From the UHGV virus genome UHGV-0062899: a DNA stretch of 10,428 nucleotides. One strand, 5' to 3'. The translations under genes and the position numbers were made by a program. The first letter of the stretch is position 1. Each line of letters begins with the position of its first letter. The DNA is from a virus. The notes beneath the pieces are model-generated. The model was not told where the DNA came from. It did no database searches and was given only the letters and a program-made list of their open reading frames with translations. Shown here piece by piece: positions 1 through 6,145 of this stretch.

Positions 1-1132
1 CCGCCCACCACTGCATCATTTCTCTGCGCTTATCGAAATACTGAGCATGGTTGTATATTCCGCGCACAGATCCTCCGTTGGCATGTGCCAGTTGCACTTC
101 AATAGCGTCAGCAGGCCATTCGTGCTCGTTCATAATCGTGCTGAATTCATGCCTGAATCCGTGACCGCTTTCCAGACCTTCATAGCCGATTTGTTTGATC
201 ACAAGCAGTACCGCGTTCTCGCAGATTGGCTTCTTCTTATCGTTGCGACCGGCAAAAACAAACTCTGATACTGGTTTGGTGATTGAGCTTAGCGTAGTGA
301 GAAGTTCAACCACCTGGTCTGACATAGGAACCACATGAATTTTGCGTCCCTTCATCACACTGGCGTCGATGGTGATAATCCTGTTTTCAAAATCGACGTT
401 CTTCCATAGCATGGAACGAAGCTCTTTTGTTCTGAGGGCTGTGTAGCGTAAAACTTTGGTCGCAATGAGCGATACGATGCTTCCTGAAAATGTTGCCAGT
501 GCTTTGTTAAATGCCGGGATCTGGTCTGCAGGAAGAAACGGGAAGTTTTTCTTGCGGTATCCCTTCATGGCGTCAGCAAGGTCAGGTGCCGGGTTATATT
601 TAGCCCTACCAGTGACAATAGCGTAACGGAAAACCTCTCCGCATCTTCTGCGGGCTTTATTTGCTCGCTCCATTGCACCGCGATCTTCAAATCTGCGGAT
701 TACTTCCAGCAGTTGCATCGGCTCAATCTCCTGAATTTCAAGGCCGCCGATGATAGGTAAAATGTCGTCATCAAACATTTTTGCAAGTTCAGTCGCATAC
801 CCTACTGACCATACTTGCTTCTTGTGCTCGTACCATTCCTTGTAAATCGCACTAAAGGAATTGTTGTTAGACGAAGCCTTTTTCGCCTTTACCGGATCGA
901 TGCCAACCGAGATGTCTTTCCTCGCAGTCCATGCCTTATCCCTTGCCTCCTGCAAAGTCATTAGCGGATATTTTCCTACGGTCAGGATTTTCTCCTTACC
1001 GTCAATCTTGTAGCGAAGCTGCCATACCTTTTTCCCGGATACAGGGACATAAAGGTACAGGCCATTACCATCGAGAAGGCGGTATGGTTTTTCTTTCGGC
1101 TTTGCTGCTTCAATCTGCTTAACAGTGAGCAT
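1..1132 (-). CDS. int: P4-type tyrosine integrase, partial (C-terminal end beyond window start)
   Basis: Minus-strand frame open from ATG at 1130-1132 to the window edge; absent from the ORF track because it runs off the end. Translation starts MLTVKQIEAAKPKEKPYRLLDGNGLYLYVPVSGKKVWQLRYKIDGKEK, the arm-binding N-domain pattern of P4/CP4-57-type integrases. Near the window start it reads HGFRHEFSTIMNEHEWPADAIEVQLAHANGGSVRGIYNHAQYFDKRREMMQWW, giving the H-x-x-R box and catalytic Tyr region. About 377 codons are present; the last ~30-40 are missing. Confidence 0.9.
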   Translation of the reverse strand, partial: MLTVKQIEAAKPKEKPYRLLDGNGLYLYVPVSGKKVWQLRYKIDGKEKILTVGKYPLMTLQEARDKAWTARKDISVGIDPVKAKKASSNNNSFSAIYKEWYEHKKQVWSVGYATELAKMFDDDILPIIGGLEIQEIEPMQLLEVIRRFEDRGAMERANKARRRCGEVFRYAIVTGRAKYNPAPDLADAMKGYRKKNFPFLPADQIPAFNKALATFSGSIVSLIATKVLRYTALRTKELRSMLWKNVDFENRIITIDASVMKGRKIHVVPMSDQVVELLTTLSSITKPVSEFVFAGRNDKKKPICENAVLLVIKQIGYEGLESGHGFRHEFSTIMNEHEWPADAIEVQLAHANGGSVRGIYNHAQYFDKRREMMQWWA

Positions 1133-1148
1133 GGGTAAAAATCCGGTG

Positions 1149-1166
1149 GGATAAATTATTTTATCC
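1149..1166. promoter_or_regulatory. Inverted repeat GGATAAA-TTAT-TTTATCC just upstream of the integrase start
   Basis: Perfect 7-bp arms with 4-bp spacer, 17 bp upstream of the int ATG, in an AT-rich leader with no strong Shine-Dalgarno. Function as operator or IHF-like site is inferred only. Confidence 0.3.
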
Positions 1167-1293
1167 ACTTTTTACCCGTCATGGAGTGCGGCTGTCAACG
1201 ATCTGAAGCGAACCATGACGAACTATGAATCTACGGAAGGCTTGATATTAAGGGGGTTTTGCGGACTGGTACGGATGGGAGCGAACTGATAAA

Positions 1294-1316
1294 TGGCGTC
1301 CCTGCAGGAATCGTCT
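1294..1316 (-). other. Candidate att core: tRNA 3-prime-end-like fragment (T-arm/acceptor/CCA-like)
   Basis: Minus strand reads GACGATTCCTGCAGGGACGCCA, resembling the end of a tRNA (GATTCC T-loop-like, 7-nt acceptor-like, ends CCA). From memory it resembles a tRNA-Arg-type 3-prime end. The adjacent ~75 nt are AT-rich and cannot fold as a tRNA body, so this is a fragment. It lies ~160 bp upstream of the P4-type int, where P4-like attP cores sit. Confidence 0.35.
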
Positions 1317-1444
1317 TTTAATTTAACTTATTGATATTTATTGATTATAGTTTTATTGGCTGTTAGATGTACCCGTTATTGTACCCGTTTGATAGCGTAC
1401 TACTGGCCTGTTATTAGCGATATCTATCACCGCTGTTAAAGCAC

Positions 1445-1470
1445 TGCAACCCCTATAGATAGGGGCTGCA
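1445..1470 (-). terminator. Hairpin immediately downstream of the Ogr/Delta-like gene; possible terminator
   Basis: TGCAACCCCT-ATAGAT-AGGGGCTGCA: a 10-bp stem with one G-U position, starting 8 nt past the stop at 1478. The minus-strand RNA continues GUGCUUUAACAG, only a weak U-tract. Confidence 0.4.
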
Positions 1471-1477
1471 TGGGTAT

Positions 1478-1711
1478 TTACAGCGTTTTTTCCTGGTGGC
1501 TGATCGGGAACTTGTCCGGTGGAAGGGCTTCAAGGGTATGTGATGGCAAATCGGGACGGTTAAGCGTGCAGTAAATCTCTGTCATAGAGATAAACGTCAG
1601 GCCACACTTAAGGTTCTGGCACTGATGATAGCTTTTTCTTACCAGGTCGCTGAGTTCAACGCTGGTTCTTGTCTTCGCCGTTGCATGGCATTGAGGGCAA
1701 CGCATAGCCAT
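1478..1711 (-). CDS. Ogr/Delta-family zinc-finger late transcription activator (77 aa)
   Basis: MAMRCPQCHATAKTRTSVELSDLVRKSYHQCQNLKCGLTF has the C-x2-C-x22-C-x4-C spacing and the RTS / YHQCQN motifs of P2 Ogr and P4 Delta. GAGGAG Shine-Dalgarno sits 8 nt upstream of the ATG. Confidence 0.85.
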   Translation of the reverse strand: MAMRCPQCHATAKTRTSVELSDLVRKSYHQCQNLKCGLTFISMTEIYCTLNRPDLPSHTLEALPPDKFPISHQEKTL

Positions 1712-1726
1712 ATGCGCTTCTCCTCT

Positions 1727-1770
1727 GGTCTGGTTAGTATCGCAATAATAATACCATACTGAACCAGACC
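1727..1770. promoter_or_regulatory. Long imperfect inverted repeat between the capsid-like gene and the Ogr/Delta-like gene
   Basis: GGTCTGGTTAGTAT (1727-1740) and ATACTGAACCAGACC (1756-1770): 14-bp arms with a one-base bulge around a 15-nt AT-rich loop. The stem base abuts the GAGGAG Shine-Dalgarno at 1720-1725 and no U-tract follows, so it is not a classical terminator. Confidence 0.35.
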
Positions 1771-1779
1771 GGAGACGGG

Positions 1780-2817
1780 TTAACGCTGATCGTTACCCCA
1801 GATAATCCCTTCAATCAGGCATCCCTTGCCGTAGTCTTCGACCACATAGGCGTTATTCCACGAATCATAGGTTGAGACGCGGTTAAATTCCGGTTCTTCC
1901 GAGATTTTGCGGCGGTGTGTTCCTGTTTGCCAGTACAAAGACAGATTATCAAGCGAAGTAACCAGCATCGCATTTTGAGGAAAGAACGGAATTGGGCAAA
2001 CGGGAAGCCCTCCGATCTGACGGTTCTCATTTTGTAATGCTAAAGCGAGCAACTCTTTATTTGGTGTCACTCCAAGATTATTAACAAAGGGATAATACTT
2101 TCCTGTAATCAATGAGAGATTACAAATAACAACAAGATCTGAATCCCCGGTGTGCCACGGATCTAATAATTCCTGATATGCCTCCATCGTCAGAGAGTCA
2201 ATAGTACCGTAATCCCCGCTGGACTCGATAATATTGGCGTTATTGCGGCGACTGACCGATACACCATTAACCACGCGGGCTGAGGCATTTCGCCGCCACT
2301 TTTCTAACCAGCCGGTATTAACATCCTGAAGCAACGGGTTAGCAGTAATATCTGATTTAGCCGCATGGTGAGTGCCATAAATGCCAGTCAGTATTACATC
2401 CAGTGCCTGACGGCGATAAATCTGGCTCTCCATATGCCCGAAGAAATTATCAAGGCCCGCCCACTGATCCAGTTTCTCATAAGAAACATAGGTATCAGTA
2501 TTCACCTGCTCACAACGGTATCGGTCAGTCTCTGCTGTACAACCTTGTACGGGCTGGCGTGCCTCTGTCGTTGAGTTGTTCGTACTGGACAGCGGTACAG
2601 ATGTAAGCCCGATCGACTCTTCTTCCTGCTCGTCCACTTCCAGAATATTTATCTGTTTAAGTAAATCTGCGCTTTCCTGCATCTTATCAACAATAGTTTG
2701 CGATGCAGATGGTGTAAGTGAAAAGGAAATCCCATCCAGCTTTGAACTGTTCAGCTTATTTTGTGATGCCTGCAATAAGCACCATGCATCATATTTTTCT
2801 CTGGTGCTGTTTTTCAT
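1780..2817 (-). CDS. P2 gpN-family major capsid protein homolog (345 aa)
   Basis: Conserved blocks match my recollection of P2 gpN along the whole length: MQESADLLKQINI, RQP, RYRCEQVNTDTY, NPLLQDVNTGWLEKWR, SGDYGTIDSLTMEA, DPWHTGDSDLVVI, GKYYPFVNN, LDNLSLYW, THRRKISEEPEFNRV, YVVEDYGKGCLIE. Length is close to gpN (about 357 aa). GGAG lies ~10 nt upstream of the ATG. Confidence 0.75.
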   Translation of the reverse strand: MKNSTREKYDAWCLLQASQNKLNSSKLDGISFSLTPSASQTIVDKMQESADLLKQINILEVDEQEEESIGLTSVPLSSTNNSTTEARQPVQGCTAETDRYRCEQVNTDTYVSYEKLDQWAGLDNFFGHMESQIYRRQALDVILTGIYGTHHAAKSDITANPLLQDVNTGWLEKWRRNASARVVNGVSVSRRNNANIIESSGDYGTIDSLTMEAYQELLDPWHTGDSDLVVICNLSLITGKYYPFVNNLGVTPNKELLALALQNENRQIGGLPVCPIPFFPQNAMLVTSLDNLSLYWQTGTHRRKISEEPEFNRVSTYDSWNNAYVVEDYGKGCLIEGIIWGNDQR

Positions 2818-2854
2818 ATAAAAAACTCCATTGATGGTATGAATTTAATCAAGA

Positions 2855-3592
2855 CTATTTTCTGAATGGCTCAATCCCCGCCGCCAGTCTCTTCTTATAA
2901 TCCATATCAGAGCGTGCTTTAGATTCCTGAATTGGCGAAGGACTGTTATTTAACGCATGGTTAATACTGCCAGACAATGCACCGGGGAAAAATGCCAGTA
3001 CAGGATCGCTGAAAAGACTACTGTCAGCATCACTCAATAATTCACGTACAACCGTTCTGGAGTCAACGCGAAGTAACTTCATAAATTCATCTGATAATAT
3101 TCTTTCTGCATCACTGGTGTTTAATCCTGCCAGAGAATAAAGCCCAATGACGACAGACAATCGCTCACCAACCAGCGCTCTGAGGTCGTCTTTAAGAGAC
3201 TGGAGAAAAGAATCCGCAATCACTGACGAAAGTTTAAAATAAGCCTCTTTCGTCTGGCGTGCCTGGCTTGCGGTTTGAATCCGTAGATCAAGCACCGTCA
3301 GGCTCTGGGATTCAATCAACTCCTGGATTTTTTGAAGCTTTACCATCACCTGCGCTGCGGACAGTGCCGCACCATCTGTTTCCGCACTTTCAACGCCTCC
3401 GTTCCTGAGCAACGCAAGCCCCCAGTCACCGGCACTATGGCCCGCGTTTGACTCCACTTCTATTTTTCGCTTTGTCTCGCTCAGGTTGGCAAGCACCTTC
3501 TCTTCGTCTGAAAGAGACTTATAGGCACGGTCAAATAGCTCTTTCTGCTGCTGGTAACTCACGAGTAATGCCTGCATGTTGTTTTGTGTCAT
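2855..3592 (-). CDS. Alpha-helical protein, possibly a Sid-like external scaffold / capsid size-determination protein (245 aa)
   Basis: Real-looking ORF forming an operon with the two genes downstream. It is rich in L/A/E/Q/S helical segments. Its size (245 aa vs 244 for P4 Sid) and position upstream of an Ogr/Delta-like gene fit Sid, and a segment SAGDWGLALLRNGGVES loosely matches what I recall of Sid. Functional call is tentative. Confidence 0.45.
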   Translation of the reverse strand: MTQNNMQALLVSYQQQKELFDRAYKSLSDEEKVLANLSETKRKIEVESNAGHSAGDWGLALLRNGGVESAETDGAALSAAQVMVKLQKIQELIESQSLTVLDLRIQTASQARQTKEAYFKLSSVIADSFLQSLKDDLRALVGERLSVVIGLYSLAGLNTSDAERILSDEFMKLLRVDSRTVVRELLSDADSSLFSDPVLAFFPGALSGSINHALNNSPSPIQESKARSDMDYKKRLAAGIEPFRK

Positions 3593-3747
3593 CGTCCTGC
3601 ACCTTGTGATTATTGCGATGGGAAAATGATTGCAGGAAAAATAAATCCAGTCGCACCGTTAAGGTTGTCAGGGGTGTACTACACCTATAAGCATCATTCG
3701 TCCCGGACGGTTTGCGCAGATAATGCAGACAGGCCAAAGGAGGAACT

Positions 3748-3957
3748 ATGCCCACATTACCCAGAAATAACAGGTCGGTGCTGAAATCACTGAGGATCCC
3801 CAATGAACTGGATCAGTACATAGTGGCGATGAGCAAGCGAAGTGGTGCGAGCTATTGTCGTTGCCTGATCGAACTGGCCGGTGCGGGTCTGCTGGCTAAA
3901 GGGATCGGGCGAATAGCCGTTCCTGAGATCGATTCCTGCCGGAAACATCGAATATAA
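3748..3957 (+). CDS. Small ribbon-helix-helix-like DNA-binding protein (69 aa), candidate regulator
   Basis: AAGGAGG Shine-Dalgarno 4-5 nt upstream of the ATG. KSLRIPNELDQYIVAMSKRSGASYCRCLIELA fits the beta-strand/helix/helix pattern of Arc/MetJ/CopG-type proteins. It is the only plus-strand gene and is divergent from the morphogenesis operon. A GATAAT -10-like hexamer lies at 3719-3724. Confidence 0.55.
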   Translation: MPTLPRNNRSVLKSLRIPNELDQYIVAMSKRSGASYCRCLIELAGAGLLAKGIGRIAVPEIDSCRKHRI

Positions 3958-4126
3958 CCCCGCCCAGCCCGTACGAGCGGGTGTATTACACATCCAGCCG
4001 CATACGCTCATATGGTACAGATCTGCCCTTGAATCCTTCACGATCTAGCCTGATGGGTGCCGTTCCCTTCAAAAAAATTGATGCATTAACACAAAAAGAT
4101 GTGATCAACTACCAGATGCAATATAA

Positions 4127-4160
4127 GCCTCTCAGAGCCACGCTGAGAGGTGTTTTCATT
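4127..4160 (+). terminator. Rho-independent terminator (plus strand)
   Basis: GCCTCTCAG-AGCCACG-CTGAGAGGT: a 9-bp stem with terminal G-U and 7-nt loop, followed by GTTTTCATT. It lies 170 bp downstream of the RHH-like gene. Confidence 0.5.
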
Positions 4161-4253
4161 ATCCACCTTCCTGCATTACCCATCTATAAAACGCATCACA
4201 TCAAGCCGGAGAATAATCAGGATATGCCATCCTGTCTCACCTCTCAGCGCGCG

Positions 4254-4281
4254 CTTGTTCCCCCGCCTCGCCCGCACGCAG
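4254..4281 (-). other. cos-like site (P2/P4/186-type cohesive-end sequence)
   Basis: Minus strand reads GGCGAGGCGGGGGAACAAGCGCGCGCTGAGAGG. The first 12 nt equal the start of the P2/P4 19-nt cohesive end as I recall it (GGCGAGGCGGGGAAAGCAC), and a CGCGCTGA block follows as I recall for P4. A chance 12-mer match in this window is improbable. Confidence 0.5.
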
Positions 4282-4589
4282 AAAGCCCGCTTTTTTGTGC
4301 AAATGTGCAGTCCGGCCAAAGCCGTGCCCCGTCTGGGCTGGAGTGGCAAAAGTACCATCAAAAAAATTGTGCATTAGCGTGCAAATTTGTGCGGTGATTT
4401 TGCAGCGATCATTTTCACCTTAAAAAGAGCCAAACTCCGGCTGCGCCCGGGCCAGTTATGCACGCTGTTTTCGTGTTGCACAATGTTGATTTATTGCCCT
4501 CGGTGCACGCTGATTTGAAAGTGAAGTGTGAAAAAAGGGTTAACAGAAAAAGAGCTGTTTTACTGAAAAACTGAGGGGAGGTACGGAAG

Positions 4590-4860
4590 TCGGTTACAAC
4601 GGTTACGGGGGTGAAATAATATGCTTAACTCAATGATTTATATTAATTAAATTTGTAACCTTTGTGAGGTTACAAAAGGTTCCATTAAAGTTACACCCAA
4701 TAAAATCAATCAGTTAAATATCTAAGTTGTAACTTTAGATAAGGTTACAGAGTAACCCGATCGTAACCCGGTTGTAACTTTTCCAAGTTGGTGAAAATTA
4801 CATATAAATCAATATAATATATTTATATCTTTACTTTGTAACTTTTGTAACCCGTTTCCG
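4590..4860. repeat. Iteron array (about 12 copies of GGTTACAA/TTGTAACC, both orientations) around an AT-rich core; putative replication origin or integrase arm sites
   Basis: Copies at 4592-4599, 4601-4607, 4653-4660, 4668-4675, 4689-4696, 4736-4743, 4743-4750, 4751-4758, 4761-4768, 4772-4779, 4836-4843 and 4846-4854. An AT-rich stretch at 4795-4835 lies among them. The array is non-coding and sits just downstream of the int2/primase operon. Confidence 0.6.
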
Positions 4861-5127
4861 ATCCCCCCCCTCAAATTCTGGAAAATCTGCTTTTTTTTAA
4901 AAAAGGCTTCTTTTCTGTTAAATGTTTTGTCATTTCGCCAAATGTCCGGCAATGGCTCCACTCCGGCAAACACTGCCACTTACGGCAGTGCTGGCCATAC
5001 ATCGAGTACAGTCATTTTTAACCGTGCTGCAGAACGGTCAGAAACGACGGTGATCCGGGCGATGAGGGCGTAATGCAGAACAGCTAAAAACGAAGGGAAT
5101 ATATCTACGCTACGAGGGAAAGGGGTA

Positions 5128-5147
5128 AACCGGCCCGTCAGCCGGTC
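5128..5147 (-). terminator. Possible terminator hairpin directly after the P2-type integrase stop
   Basis: Minus-strand RNA has a GC-rich stem ACCGGC/GCCGGU with a 5-6 nt loop, followed by UUUACCCCUUUCCC. The stem is short. Confidence 0.35.
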
Positions 5148-5149
5148 AT

Positions 5150-6130
5150 TCAGAGGCTGATTCCGCCAGAAAGGGGATTGAGTGAAACGGCGTGTTGCAG
5201 ATAGTCAGGCGCAACATGCGCATAAACCATCGTCTGCTGGATACTGGCGTGACCAAGAATTTGTTGTAAGGCGATAATATTGCCCCCGTTCATCATGAAC
5301 CAGCTTGCAAACGTATGGCGAAGCACATGCGTAGCCTGCCCGCGCGGCAGGTCCGGCTTAACCTCCCTAAGCCGCCCGCAAAAGGCTTCATAGTCAACGC
5401 TGAACAGCGGCCCGCAATCGCGGGTTTTGATCTCTTTTTCCAGTTCATCCGATATTGGGATCGTGCGCCTCTTCCCGTTTTTGGTTTTAAGAAAAGTTAC
5501 GCGTCCGTGGTTAATCTGCTCTCCCCGCAGTGTGCTGCCTTCTCCCCAGCGTGCGCCGGTGCTGAGGCACAAAAGAGCAACACGGCGATCGTCACCTGTA
5601 AGGGTATTCAATAATCGACTGATTTCCGATTTAGTAAGGTAGGTCATTGCTGCTGGTTTCTCCCTCAATGGCTCCAGCCCTTTACAGGGGTTATCAGCCT
5701 TGAATTCATCCAGTTTTATCAGGGCGCTGAACATACCCGAAAGGCGATATATATCACGGTTGACGGTGGCCGTGCTGATCCCTGAATCCAGCCGCTCGCT
5801 GCGATGCTGCGCGATGATTCGTTTAGTCAGCCGGTTAACTGCCGGGTTGCCCAGGGCTCTGATCGTTTTATCTAGGTGTCGTTTTTCGGCGTTTCCGTTC
5901 TCCAGCGTCCGGCCATACAGCAGCCACCAGATGTTTAGCAGCTCGCTGAGAGTACGCCGATCGGTGCTGGCGCCCAACCACTCTTTTTTATCGGCATTCG
6001 CCATAACATACCGTTCAAAGAGCGCTGCCTCCTGCTTTCTGTCAAAAATCCTGCGAAAGCGCTTACCGCTGCGCCCTCTGGCATAAATATCGACTTCATA
6101 ACGCCCGTCAGCCCGTTTTTTAATGGTCAT
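5150..6130 (-). CDS. int: P2-Int-like tyrosine recombinase, complete (326 aa)
   Basis: N-terminus MTIKKRADGRYEVDIYARGRSGKRFRRIFDRKQEA matches my recollection of P2/186-type integrases. Catalytic set is complete: LSTGARWGE (Arg I), KTKNGKRRTIPIS (Lys), HVLRHTFAS (His/Arg II), LGHASIQQT (His III), MVYAHV (Tyr). GAGGAA Shine-Dalgarno 8 nt upstream; start is 16 nt after the primase stop. Confidence 0.85.
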   Translation of the reverse strand: MTIKKRADGRYEVDIYARGRSGKRFRRIFDRKQEAALFERYVMANADKKEWLGASTDRRTLSELLNIWWLLYGRTLENGNAEKRHLDKTIRALGNPAVNRLTKRIIAQHRSERLDSGISTATVNRDIYRLSGMFSALIKLDEFKADNPCKGLEPLREKPAAMTYLTKSEISRLLNTLTGDDRRVALLCLSTGARWGEGSTLRGEQINHGRVTFLKTKNGKRRTIPISDELEKEIKTRDCGPLFSVDYEAFCGRLREVKPDLPRGQATHVLRHTFASWFMMNGGNIIALQQILGHASIQQTMVYAHVAPDYLQHAVSLNPLSGGISL

Positions 6131-6145
6131 ACTATTGTTCCTCTG

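Noticed and set aside
47-1122. Plus-strand track ORFs 47..268 and 931..1122
   Set aside because: Antisense to the well-supported minus-strand integrase; no ribosome-binding sites or recognisable products.
1294-1390. A complete tRNA gene beside the P4-type integrase
   Set aside because: Only ~20 nt of 3-prime-end-like sequence is present; the adjoining 75 nt are AT-rich and cannot form a cloverleaf.
1815-2821. Track ORFs 1815..2030 (-), 2365..2574 (+), 2403..2606 (+), 2576..2821 (+)
   Set aside because: All lie within or antisense to the capsid-like gene, in other frames; low-complexity translations without start signals.
1478-3592. Reading the capsid/Ogr region as the late region of a complete P2-like prophage
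   Set aside because: In P2 the capsid gene is followed by small-terminase and head-completion genes and preceded by a protease-scaffold; here it is followed by an Ogr-like gene, an att core and a P4-type int, with no terminase, portal or tail genes in the window.
3748-4160. Toxin-antitoxin pair built on the RHH-like gene
   Set aside because: No credible partner ORF on either side; a terminator follows directly.
3531-4397. Track ORFs 3531..3803 (-), 3584..3784 (+), 3787..4041 (-), 3981..4397 (+, GTG start), 4150..4377 (+), 4176..4361 (-)
   Set aside because: No convincing ribosome-binding sites; they overlap the RHH gene, the terminator or the cos-like site and have biased, unrecognisable translations. 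The region is better explained as regulatory and packaging DNA.
5315-6086. Plus-strand track ORFs 5315..5614, 5427..5642, 5700..6086
   Set aside because: Antisense within the P2-type integrase gene; Arg/Ser/Pro-rich translations typical of reverse-strand artefacts.
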